Source: a virus (taxonomy: Duplodnaviria > Caudoviricetes). Taken from it: a DNA stretch of 64,000 nucleotides. Below, one piece after another: positions 54,678 through 64,000 of the stretch (position 1 is the stretch's first letter; every line of letters begins with the position of its first letter). Location of the stretch: positions 32,001 through 96,000 of the IMG/VR virus record IMGVR_UViG_2974623408_000001; one strand, written 5' to 3'. Below the pieces are notes generated by a model. It was not told where the DNA came from. It ran no database searches and worked only from the letters and a program-made list of their open reading frames with translations. The position numbers were made by a program, and so were the translations under genes.

Positions 54678-54907
54678 TGAATCTTCCTCATCCTGTCGAG
54701 CGGGACGTCTCTGAGGTCGACGGGATAGTCGTCACCGTTCAGCAGCTCGTCGTACATGTCGTCATCCATCCAGTACACGTCTGCGTCGGGAAAGACGGTC
54801 ATCAGTGTCTCGATGTTCAGGTAATCGGGCTTGGCACTTTCCTTCAACGCGCCGTCCACGTACCAGGCATTGAAGTAGTCGTGCCCGATGAATACTTGGT
54901 CACTCAT
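54674..54907 (-). CDS. small acidic hypothetical protein
   Basis: SD AAGGA. Confidence 0.6.
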   Translation of the reverse strand: MSDQVFIGHDYFNAWYVDGALKESAKPDYLNIETLMTVFPDADVYWMDDDMYDELLNGDDYPVDLRDVPLDRMRKIQ

Positions 54908-55028
54908 GTGATGTCCTTGTCAAAAAGTCGAGTTTCTTCTGTGGGATGCCATACCGGCCGGTTTTTTCCCGGCGACGATTTGGACGCTATACAAGGCTTT
55001 CGGTTTCTCTGTCGCCCTGTCATCAATC

Positions 55029-55056
55029 ACTATACGCGCTATTGCGCGATTGTCAA
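55029..55056 (-). promoter_or_regulatory. SigA-type promoter
   Basis: TTGACA-16-TATAGT. Confidence 0.65.
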
Positions 55057-55061
55057 CCCTC

Positions 55062-55370
55062 TCAGTTCGACTCCTCGTAATTGTCGATGGCGTCACGCAT
55101 GTTGGTTCCCTCGGACACGACCCAGTCGTCCTTCACGCCGTCGTCGTCGGAATCGACGTGAATGTGGATTCGCTGATTCTCGGGCTTCCGCGGTCCGGGC
55201 TCGTGACCGGGGTTCGCACCGCTGGTCGACACGATGGGAGGTGGGCACGGCGCGAACTGGCCATTTCCGACGTCCATGCGACACGGATCGGCCGAGGCGA
55301 CTGTGGCCCCGACGAAGGTGAAGGCGAAAACGGCGCCTGCGGCGAATACTGCGTTGGTGAGCTTTTTCAT
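55062..55370 (-). CDS. secreted hypothetical protein
   Basis: Signal peptide MKKL...ASA. Confidence 0.6.
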   Translation of the reverse strand: MKKLTNAVFAAGAVFAFTFVGATVASADPCRMDVGNGQFAPCPPPIVSTSGANPGHEPGPRKPENQRIHIHVDSDDDGVKDDWVVSEGTNMRDAIDNYEESN

Positions 55371-55436
55371 GTTGTTTCTTTCTGTCGAGTGTTTCACGGT
55401 GTTGTGCGGTTGCGGTTTGCGTGTTGCACAGTCATT

Positions 55437-55464
55437 AATATACACGTTGCTACAGCGTTGTCAA
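55437..55464 (-). promoter_or_regulatory. SigA-type promoter
   Basis: TTGACA-16-TATATT. Confidence 0.65.
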
Positions 55465-55671
55465 CCCCTTGACTTGTCTCGGTGGGATCAAGCGATGACG
55501 CCCACCCGGGATGCCGTACACGAACTTCTTTCTGTGCGTCACCATCTCAGGCAGTATTCGACCGCTATGGCGCATGATGCACACGTAGAAGCCGTCGACG
55601 AATTCCACTTGAGTGCGAATGTCACGCTCAGTCGACTTTCGGTGTTTTCCCTTGTAGCAGCGTTTTTTCAC
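55450..55671 (-). CDS. small basic hypothetical protein
   Basis: GTGA overlap with upstream gene. Confidence 0.45.
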   Translation of the reverse strand: MKKRCYKGKHRKSTERDIRTQVEFVDGFYVCIMRHSGRILPEMVTHRKKFVYGIPGGRHRLIPPRQVKGLTTL

Positions 55672-55931
55672 CGTCTCAGCCTTTCCAGCAGTCGTGTGCT
55701 CATGGTGTTTTTGCGCGGATCGTTGATGGACGCGTCTGTGAAGTCCTCAGCGCGCAACTGACGGCCTAGACGCTTTTCCAGATGTTCGATGCACAGCATT
55801 CCATCGGTCGAGTGCATGGCGTACAGCCAGAGCTCGGTTTTCACGAAGTAGAACTCGTGCATCTTACCCGTGTCTACACCGCAATCTGCGCAGAGGAAGC
55901 GCTTGCGTCGACGGGTCGATTTGCTTGACAT
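55668..55931 (-). CDS. Zn-binding hypothetical protein (probably leaderless)
   Basis: CADCG...LCIEHLE.RLGR.L...DFT; ATG about 7 nt after the -10 box. Confidence 0.65.
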   Translation of the reverse strand: MSSKSTRRRKRFLCADCGVDTGKMHEFYFVKTELWLYAMHSTDGMLCIEHLEKRLGRQLRAEDFTDASINDPRKNTMSTRLLERLRR

Positions 55932-55938
55932 GCAGATG

Positions 55939-55966
55939 ATCATAACGCAACGTGCGCGACTGTCAA
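55939..55966 (-). promoter_or_regulatory. SigA-type promoter
   Basis: TTGACA-16-TATGAT. Confidence 0.65.
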
Positions 55967-55970
55967 CCAA

Positions 55971-56005
55971 CAAAAACACCGCTACCCGAAGGTAGCGGTG
56001 CTTTG
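55971..56005 (-). terminator. intrinsic terminator
   Basis: CACCGCTACC-TTCG-GGTAGCGGTG followed by TTTTT. Confidence 0.8.
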
Positions 56006-56027
56006 ATCCGTTCTGACGGCGATTAGA

Positions 56028-56708
56028 TCAGAACGGAGGTGGGGGAGGAGTGTCCGACGAGTCAGACGATGCTGCTGCAGTCGCCTGTACGACAGGTTCA
56101 TCCTTGATCGCAGGTGTCTCAGCCTGTGTCACACGCTCTGGCTCCGGTGTCGATGACACAGCCGCGCTCTTCACTTCGGCGTTACCCGAAGCAGTGGGAC
56201 CAGGCGCTGGCTGCGCTCCTGGTGTGACACCACCCGAGGCACGCGGTGTGCTTGCAGACGATGCAGTCACCGGAGTAGGTGGAACCGGGCTAGCTACGCT
56301 TCCACGAGATGTGCGAGCGAAAGCCGCGATCTCGTTTCGGTCGTTTCCCTGATACTGCTTGACCTTGATCGAACCGCGGAATTCCTTGCCTTCCATCGCC
56401 TGTGCCACGTTGTGGTCAGACGGGTTGGTTGCGAAGAACGAGCGATCGATCCCGATAGCTGCCATCTGACGGAAGAAAATGTTCAGCGCCTGAGGGTTTT
56501 CAGGCGATACGACCATGTTCGACCATACGCGACGACCCTTGTGAGGTCCTTCGACAACCTCGCACGTAATGGCGAACATTGTCTTGCCGCTGGATGCTTG
56601 CTTCGGCTCTGACTTGATGATTTTCAAGTCGTAATCTGCTTGCGGAAGCGCCTTGAAGTCTGTATCTCCAGCGTCTTCGACAAGATCTGCCCATGATTTC
56701 ATCGGCAT
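56028..56708 (-). CDS. single-stranded DNA-binding protein (DUF669-like)
   Basis: F.ALP...Y...I, V.EGP.KGR.VW; disordered tail ending PPF. Confidence 0.75.
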   Translation of the reverse strand: MPMKSWADLVEDAGDTDFKALPQADYDLKIIKSEPKQASSGKTMFAITCEVVEGPHKGRRVWSNMVVSPENPQALNIFFRQMAAIGIDRSFFATNPSDHNVAQAMEGKEFRGSIKVKQYQGNDRNEIAAFARTSRGSVASPVPPTPVTASSASTPRASGGVTPGAQPAPGPTASGNAEVKSAAVSSTPEPERVTQAETPAIKDEPVVQATAAASSDSSDTPPPPPF

Positions 56709-56789
56709 AATTTATTACCTCTCATATTTTTGTTATTTTCCTAATGGAACCTCAGCGGAGTTAGTAGCTGAGGAAGCTATATTTCGATA

Positions 56790-57500
56790 TTACACTCTTG
56801 GGCCGTAAATGGCTTCAAGAATACCTTCTACGGTCGGGTTATCGATATACCCTGGTAGGCGTCCACCGACGCGTTCACCTGTTTCGTAGATCGAGTTCTT
56901 GCCGATCAGCATACGGTGAACCTCGTGAACACCCGAATCGTCGGTCCACGAATCGACATGCATAGCACCCATGATGTCGAACAGGTACGGCAACATCGTC
57001 GCGGACTGACCTTGTGCGAATGGCTTGAGAACGCCGTTTACGTCCTTCGACATCGCAACCAGGATAACCGATTCCAGTGGTCTGGTCGGGTGCATGGTCA
57101 GGTCGCGAAAGTCACGCATGAGACCCATGAACTGACGCAAAACGTCGCCCCAGTCCTGTGTTCGCATCTGTTCGCGGTTCGAAATGTGATCCACAAGCCG
57201 CTGCTGCAACTCTGAGATCGAATCGATCACAACCGATACGAACGGGTGTGAACCTGCCTGCAACCACGCGTACGCCTTCTTGACGTCCTCGTACGTGCGA
57301 ATAGGTACAACAGCAGTATCCCATGTACCGTCATCAGCAGGCGGCGCTTCAGAAGGGTTCCAAATCTTCTTCTTGATGTCGAGGAACTTTGTACCGCCCT
57401 CAATATCAAGGTAGAGCAACGGTTTCGGCGAGGTAGCAGCAAATGTGCTTTTACCGGCTTTCGCACCACCGTGGAGCAAAATGGAAATGGATCTATCCAT
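56790..57500 (-). CDS. RecA-like AAA_24 ATPase (Sak4-like recombinase)
   Basis: G..KAGKST, LD.EGG, VVIDSISELQ. Confidence 0.8.
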   Translation of the reverse strand: MDRSISILLHGGAKAGKSTFAATSPKPLLYLDIEGGTKFLDIKKKIWNPSEAPPADDGTWDTAVVPIRTYEDVKKAYAWLQAGSHPFVSVVIDSISELQQRLVDHISNREQMRTQDWGDVLRQFMGLMRDFRDLTMHPTRPLESVILVAMSKDVNGVLKPFAQGQSATMLPYLFDIMGAMHVDSWTDDSGVHEVHRMLIGKNSIYETGERVGGRLPGYIDNPTVEGILEAIYGPRV

Positions 57501-57520
57501 GTCTATTTGTCCTCTTTTCG

Positions 57521-57847
57521 TTATGGATTAATCGTATCACGCTTTAACAGCTTTAGCGCCACATAATTGGCAATGCGTTCCTGTTGCGGAAACTGGTGAT
57601 CCCACATTTGCCAGACATCCACTAAGTCGTACAGATCGCCTTGATCTGTCCACAAAGTGACGCCTAGGCAGCTTCCGATGTCGAGCAAGTATCGGTGTAG
57701 CGGACATGTGCTGTCGCCATACTGGGCGTACACATACTCTTCAGTTCGATTGACGCGAATGTCACCAGATGGTCCAAGATACGTGTATCCAGCCCCGTAC
57801 CACGTTCCGTGTAGCCGACGAAACTTAATCGGCCGCTGGCTTGACAA
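57521..57847 (-). CDS. hypothetical protein
   Basis: 108 aa within the operon. Confidence 0.45.
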   Translation of the reverse strand: MSSQRPIKFRRLHGTWYGAGYTYLGPSGDIRVNRTEEYVYAQYGDSTCPLHRYLLDIGSCLGVTLWTDQGDLYDLVDVWQMWDHQFPQQERIANYVALKLLKRDTINP

Positions 57848-58016
57848 GTTTCCACTTCATCGGAAAAAGATCTTCCATTCGTGACCAACTGTTGTCGTCC
57901 ACGGTGACCCATATCTTGCCGCACTGATCACACCGCCAGGGTCGATGACGATACCGCCAAAGAAAGTGTGTTGGCCGGTACGGGCAAGGGTTGTGTTCGC
58001 AGCACACTATTACCAT
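57825..58016 (-). CDS. small Cys-rich (Zn-ribbon) protein
   Basis: Paralogue of 29513-29734. Confidence 0.55.
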   Translation of the reverse strand: MVIVCCEHNPCPYRPTHFLWRYRHRPWRCDQCGKIWVTVDDNSWSRMEDLFPMKWKLVKPAAD

Positions 58017-59029
58017 GTGACTGGTTCCTCAACGTGTTCAAGTAGTTCGGCAGCCTTGTCCTCGTAACGCTCGTGAGGATCACTCTGCACGTAAAGATCG
58101 GCGATCATGTCTTCGACGCGTGAACCGTCGTCCATCATCTGGTTGACGTCCGTGAAGATGGACCAGCGATTGCTAGCGTTGCCGTTTGGGTAGGCGACCA
58201 CACGATGATCGACTCCGCGATCGAGCGCGTCTACGACCCGCATATAGTCCGCTAGCGTTCCCCACAACTGATTGTAGAAGTTGCGCAAACGAATCTCGTT
58301 GTGGTGAACATCGACGTGCGTGTAGAACGGCGGTTTTGCGTTCGTAGTACGCTTTGTCTTGCGCAGCAACACGAATCGCGCACCCTGCAACGCGAAGTCA
58401 GGGTCGCTCTGGCCGTTGAGACGTTCCAAAGTCATGTACGTCAGCAGCTGTTCGCTGCGCGGTGCCATGCGTGTCATGAACGGAATGGATGATGTTGTCT
58501 TCCAGTCCACGACAAGGTTTTGACCCGTAAAAGTATCTCGAGCGCGAAGATCAATCTTGCCACGAAGTTCAATCGGCGTGCCGTTAATTTCGAATGTGTG
58601 AGACAGTTTCTCTTCAGCACCGAGTACTTTTAGGTTAGAGTCTGCGGCGGTCTCTTCGAGCCATTCCACATACCCTGTCAGCATGATGCGTCCCAACTCA
58701 GCCTCATCACGCCAAGCCTTCTCATCGAACACAACACCAGAGGCACGAATATCTTCGAGCTCTTGTTCTGCGATGGACAGATACGCCTCTACCAAGTCCT
58801 GAGATGCGCCGTAATAAGCCTCTAGAGCAGAGTGGACACGAGTACCCAGACGTAGTGGTCCGTACACGGGCTGGTTCTTGGGACGCAAGCCAAGAAAACT
58901 CCCGAGATACCACTCGCGACGGTCAGCTTTGAACAAGCTGAGATCAGACTGAGACACTCTGATATGTCCGTCTTTGGTACGCGGTATACGCGATTCTAGA
59001 CTACCGAAATGCAGAGCTTTTTCTGTCAT
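58010..59029 (-). CDS. Cas4-like/RecB-family PD-(D/E)xK exonuclease
   Basis: S.S.L..FK..RR.W, GTRVH, GKID, VVDWKT, QL..Y. Confidence 0.85.
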   Translation of the reverse strand: MTEKALHFGSLESRIPRTKDGHIRVSQSDLSLFKADRREWYLGSFLGLRPKNQPVYGPLRLGTRVHSALEAYYGASQDLVEAYLSIAEQELEDIRASGVVFDEKAWRDEAELGRIMLTGYVEWLEETAADSNLKVLGAEEKLSHTFEINGTPIELRGKIDLRARDTFTGQNLVVDWKTTSSIPFMTRMAPRSEQLLTYMTLERLNGQSDPDFALQGARFVLLRKTKRTTNAKPPFYTHVDVHHNEIRLRNFYNQLWGTLADYMRVVDALDRGVDHRVVAYPNGNASNRWSIFTDVNQMMDDGSRVEDMIADLYVQSDPHERYEDKAAELLEHVEEPVTW

Positions 59030-59547
59030 AGTTCCTCACAAAACTTACAGCCTGGCTTCACAATACCACGACCCACATGCCATTTCTTGTGGGTTGTCTG
59101 CGCCAGCGCAGCTCGAGTATTCGGATGTGCAGGCTTGCCGCGTTTGTGGTCACCTGTCGATTTGGCGACACGTTTACGGTACTGTCTGCCTTCTTCAGTC
59201 TCATGAAATCGCTTGAGTCCTTCGATGTGCGCTCGTTTCACATCTTCACGATTTCGTCTCTCGCTGTACACGTGTGCGTTCGCTGGGTTATGTTCCATGT
59301 TCAACAGCGGTCCGTGTTTGAGAGCCTCAGCAATGTACGCTTTTTCAGCTGAGTAAAGAAGTTCGTCGTGTACCTCGACGAAAATCTTCATTTCAGGCAT
59401 TCCATGTTTCTGGATATGCTGGCACAGCAAAGAACTACGCGTCTTTGCAGCGTGTTTGTGACGAGCGTAGCGGGCACCAGGATCAGCGCATGATCCAACA
59501 TAGATCAAACTATCCTGATGGTACAAACCGTAAACTACGCCCACCAC
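59026..59547 (-). CDS. GIY-YIG homing endonuclease-like protein
   Basis: GVVYGL....YVG, R...H, E...I, LLN. Confidence 0.75.
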   Translation of the reverse strand: MVGVVYGLYHQDSLIYVGSCADPGARYARHKHAAKTRSSLLCQHIQKHGMPEMKIFVEVHDELLYSAEKAYIAEALKHGPLLNMEHNPANAHVYSERRNREDVKRAHIEGLKRFHETEEGRQYRKRVAKSTGDHKRGKPAHPNTRAALAQTTHKKWHVGRGIVKPGCKFCEEL

Positions 59548-59553
59548 GATGAA

Positions 59554-59751
59554 TCAGTCCTCTTCGCTGTTTGGTCCCTGACGGATGAACTCAACGTCGT
59601 GTAGGTCGACGCTCAGTGTCTCTCGCCCATCGAACACCTGCAGGTTGTCGTTCTCGTCCAGGCGCACGAATGCACCGAAGATCGAACGCCCGCCGTATGT
59701 TACGACTTCCAGCTGTCGTCTACGAACGACACCCTGTGGCAATCCACGCAT
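59554..59751 (-). CDS. small Sm/Hfq-fold-like hypothetical protein
   Basis: SD AAGGAG; V.T.GG....G......N..V pattern. Confidence 0.5.
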   Translation of the reverse strand: MRGLPQGVVRRRQLEVVTYGGRSIFGAFVRLDENDNLQVFDGRETLSVDLHDVEFIRQGPNSEED

Positions 59752-59773
59752 GATTTCTCCTTGTTTCTTCTTT

Positions 59774-61693
59774 TCATTCACCCGCAATGAACTTCTTAAG
59801 GAGTTCACGATCCTTTAGAATTGCTTCAATGCGGCCGTCTTTTTCTTCGAGGGCGAGTAGCTGGGCTTCCTCGATTGTCCCTTCGGACACGTAGTCGATA
59901 ATCGTCACCTTGTCCGATTCCTGACCGATACGGTGCGATCGGGAAAGCGACTGTTTCATCGCTGTGGACGAATAACTACGTTGTAAGAACACATTAACAT
60001 CGGCAGCGGTCAATGTCAGGCCGACACCACCTGCCTGGATGGTCACCAGAATGTACTTGAACTTCTTGTTCTGGAAGTCGTCAATGTTCTGCTGGCGTTC
60101 ATCTGTGCTTTGTCCGCCGACGATCAAACCGTGGTCGATCTTCTTCTTGGTCATCTCGGTGGACAACAGATCGATTAGCTGTTTCGACTGTGCAAAAACG
60201 ACCACACTAGATTCACCAAAGTCTCCGTTTTGGACGTCTTCCAGAAATGCCGTGATCTTGTTCGATGGCATGCACAATGCGAATCGTGGGTCCATCGCTT
60301 CTTCGTCGAAGTCGTCGCCGATGGCTTCGACCTCTTCCCACGACAGCTCGTCAACCTTTTTAGGGTCGTACGGGATTTTCTTGCCATCCGGGTCAATGAA
60401 CTCAGCATATGAACTAGCAAACTGCAGTAGTCGTGTCGCCTTTGACAGTGGTGACGCAGCGGCAATCGTACCGGTGCTACTATCATCCAGCTCGGCTAGA
60501 GCTTCTTTCACCATCTGCTTGTACGCTTTGCGTTGCGGAGGTGACAGTGGGATGAATCGTTGCTCACGAATGATTGGTGGCAAGAACGGTAGAACGATCT
60601 TTTTGAGCATACGACGTGCCAAAGGCTTCGTGACAGCTTGGAATTCCTCCTCGCGATCCGATCGTACACCATTGATCTGCATTATGCCCCACGAGTTATA
60701 TCCCATGTCCGCGTAGCGATCGATAAACCGTACTTTGGACGGGAACTCGTTCGGGCGAAGATAGCGAAGAATGAACCAGTAGTCGTCCATGTTATCTTGA
60801 ATTGGTGTTCCCGTGAGCGCATATCGATAACTCGCATTCTTCGAAACTTCCCAAATGGCGCGTGTTTGTTTCGAAGGTGCAAGGATACGATGGGCTTCGT
60901 CAACGACGACGGTGTTCCAATCGATCTGATTGAACTCCCTCTCATGAATTTCACACTTTTCATGTGTCACTCTTTCGTCAAGTCCACCGCAGGGTACGCA
61001 TCTCTGCAACGCCTGGTTGCCGTAGGACGCCAAACGCGAATGCTTGTGCATCTGTTCGTAGTTCGCGATATAGACGTGTGCTTTTGATTCCAGAGCCTTA
61101 CGGCGCTGGACTGGTGATCCTTCGAGAACCTTGATGATCAGTCCGGGCCACCATTTCGCCCACTCACGCGCCCATGTCGTCTTGACCGAGTTGGGTGCGA
61201 CGATCAGGGCCGGGAAGATGTCCGTACGTCCACCTCGGTGAAGTGTGCGCAGTGCTGTAATCGCCTGGGCGGATTTACCTGTACCCGTTTCGTCGAAGAT
61301 GCCACAGCTACCTGAGATAGCCATGTACGCCGCGCCTGTCGGCTGGTGATCGAACAGTTTCAGTTCATCCTTGATCGTTTGCGCGATCGGCACGTACGGG
61401 TGAACGTCGTCAAGATCATCGAGTGTGAGACTCTCACGAATCTTGGAAGCAGGTTGCAGCACGGTGTTGAAATACTCGTGCGACCATCGTGTCAGCTTGT
61501 CGTCGAGTTCAAGTCTGTCACCAAACTCGGCGCGCATCTGCAGACACGACGACCATGCGCGAGGAAGAATCCAGACCTTGTCTTTGGCTGACCATTTACG
61601 AGCAAGAATACGCTGTACAGCATCCTTGTCCGTGAACTCAGTTTTGAGCAAAATCTTATCTGGGTAAGCGTCATCTAAATACGCAAGAGGCAT
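59774..61693 (-). CDS. SNF2-family DNA helicase
   Basis: DETGTGKS, DEAH, LTGTP, GGVGLTL, Q...R.HRIGQ. Confidence 0.9.
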   Translation of the reverse strand: MPLAYLDDAYPDKILLKTEFTDKDAVQRILARKWSAKDKVWILPRAWSSCLQMRAEFGDRLELDDKLTRWSHEYFNTVLQPASKIRESLTLDDLDDVHPYVPIAQTIKDELKLFDHQPTGAAYMAISGSCGIFDETGTGKSAQAITALRTLHRGGRTDIFPALIVAPNSVKTTWAREWAKWWPGLIIKVLEGSPVQRRKALESKAHVYIANYEQMHKHSRLASYGNQALQRCVPCGGLDERVTHEKCEIHEREFNQIDWNTVVVDEAHRILAPSKQTRAIWEVSKNASYRYALTGTPIQDNMDDYWFILRYLRPNEFPSKVRFIDRYADMGYNSWGIMQINGVRSDREEEFQAVTKPLARRMLKKIVLPFLPPIIREQRFIPLSPPQRKAYKQMVKEALAELDDSSTGTIAAASPLSKATRLLQFASSYAEFIDPDGKKIPYDPKKVDELSWEEVEAIGDDFDEEAMDPRFALCMPSNKITAFLEDVQNGDFGESSVVVFAQSKQLIDLLSTEMTKKKIDHGLIVGGQSTDERQQNIDDFQNKKFKYILVTIQAGGVGLTLTAADVNVFLQRSYSSTAMKQSLSRSHRIGQESDKVTIIDYVSEGTIEEAQLLALEEKDGRIEAILKDRELLKKFIAGE

Positions 61694-61721
61694 TAGTCAC
61701 CTTTTCTTAACGTCAGATGTT

Positions 61722-62260
61722 CTATTTTAACGTGATTTTTCGATTTGTGTACTTATGAGCGAAAAGAAGTGCGTGGCGTGCAGCCATTAGTTCGTGATCA
61801 GTCTTTTTGTCACCGTACTTTTTGAGGTTGAGTTCTTTCAAGACGTCGTTGCTGACCAGTGTTTTCGCTTCTGACGGCTTCTGGCTGTAGAACTCGTACA
61901 TATCAGGGTCGTTCTGTTTCCAGACCCACGCTTTGAGCGCGCCAGTTGCGATGAGAGCGTCCTTCTGCTGGCCGGTCATAGATGTACGCGTGAACACGAA
62001 TTGCTCGCACGTGACCACTTTGACGTCCGCTCTACCGACACGACCGAGTAGGTCGACAGCGTGATGCAGACTCTGGATATAGTTTTCCTCGCCTGTAACA
62101 GTTGTCGAACTGTGCGCGTACAACCGGTAACCATTACCCAATAACGGATGTGCTGCACCGAAGGTACCACGTTTCAGCAGGAAATGGGCGATACCCACGT
62201 GTTTGCCGGGGTCAATACCCAGAATGGCTACCGTTTCCGGCCATACCACCATTGTTTCCA

Positions 62261-62261
<1 letters not shown>
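61722..62261 (-). CDS. RuvC-like Holliday junction resolvase
   Basis: ILGIDPG..G.A, E.F, AARH. Confidence 0.7.
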
Positions 62262-63902
<1,641 letters not shown>

Positions 63903-63906
<4 letters not shown>

Positions 63907-64000
63907 TGTTTAGCCCATCGCTCCATTGGATGTCCGCATTCTGCGGGCAGCGGCACCGAGAAATCTGTATTCGTCATGCATTCACTGATTGTCTCGCGGA
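63903..64000 (-). CDS. C-terminus of a gene, probably family A DNA polymerase (truncated)
   Basis: RETISECMTNTDFSVPLPAECGHPMERWAKQ* resembles PolA C-termini; only 31 codons visible. Confidence 0.45.

Noticed and set aside
58010-59029. Cas4-like gene as part of CRISPR-Cas
   Set aside because: Solo exonuclease in a recombination operon with SSB and a Sak4-like ATPase.

Overview
64 kb of a large lytic-type siphovirus infecting a mycolic-acid actinobacterium (Gordonia/Rhodococcus-like, inferred from the LGFP-repeat amidase lysin, WhiB and class Ib NrdF). Plus strand 1-29.5 kb: head, tail and lysis genes (protease, capsid, tail tube, two virion-module glycosyltransferases, frameshifted tail chaperone, 2221-aa tape measure, minor tails, LysA, holin and membrane proteins). 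Minus strand 29.5-64 kb: a MoxR/vWA module; a putative DNA-modification cluster (C5-methyltransferase-like, dUTPase-like, four glycosyltransferase-like genes); a ~10 kb RNA island with 30 tRNAs covering all 20 amino acids, a tmRNA and three HNH genes; small early genes with repeated SigA-type promoters; and replication/recombination genes. The most unusual content is in the RNA island. A conserved hypothetical protein gene is followed by an RNA with two circularly permuted tRNA-like domains (internal NCCA) and 6-nt-periodic tracts. There is also a third permuted tRNA-like element with alanine identity, a double-elbow RNA, a mini-tRNA inserted in the tmRNA, and three HNH ORFs that all use U8-A9-G10 of the next tRNA as their stop codon. 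All calls and structures were read by eye; no searches or folding programs were run.
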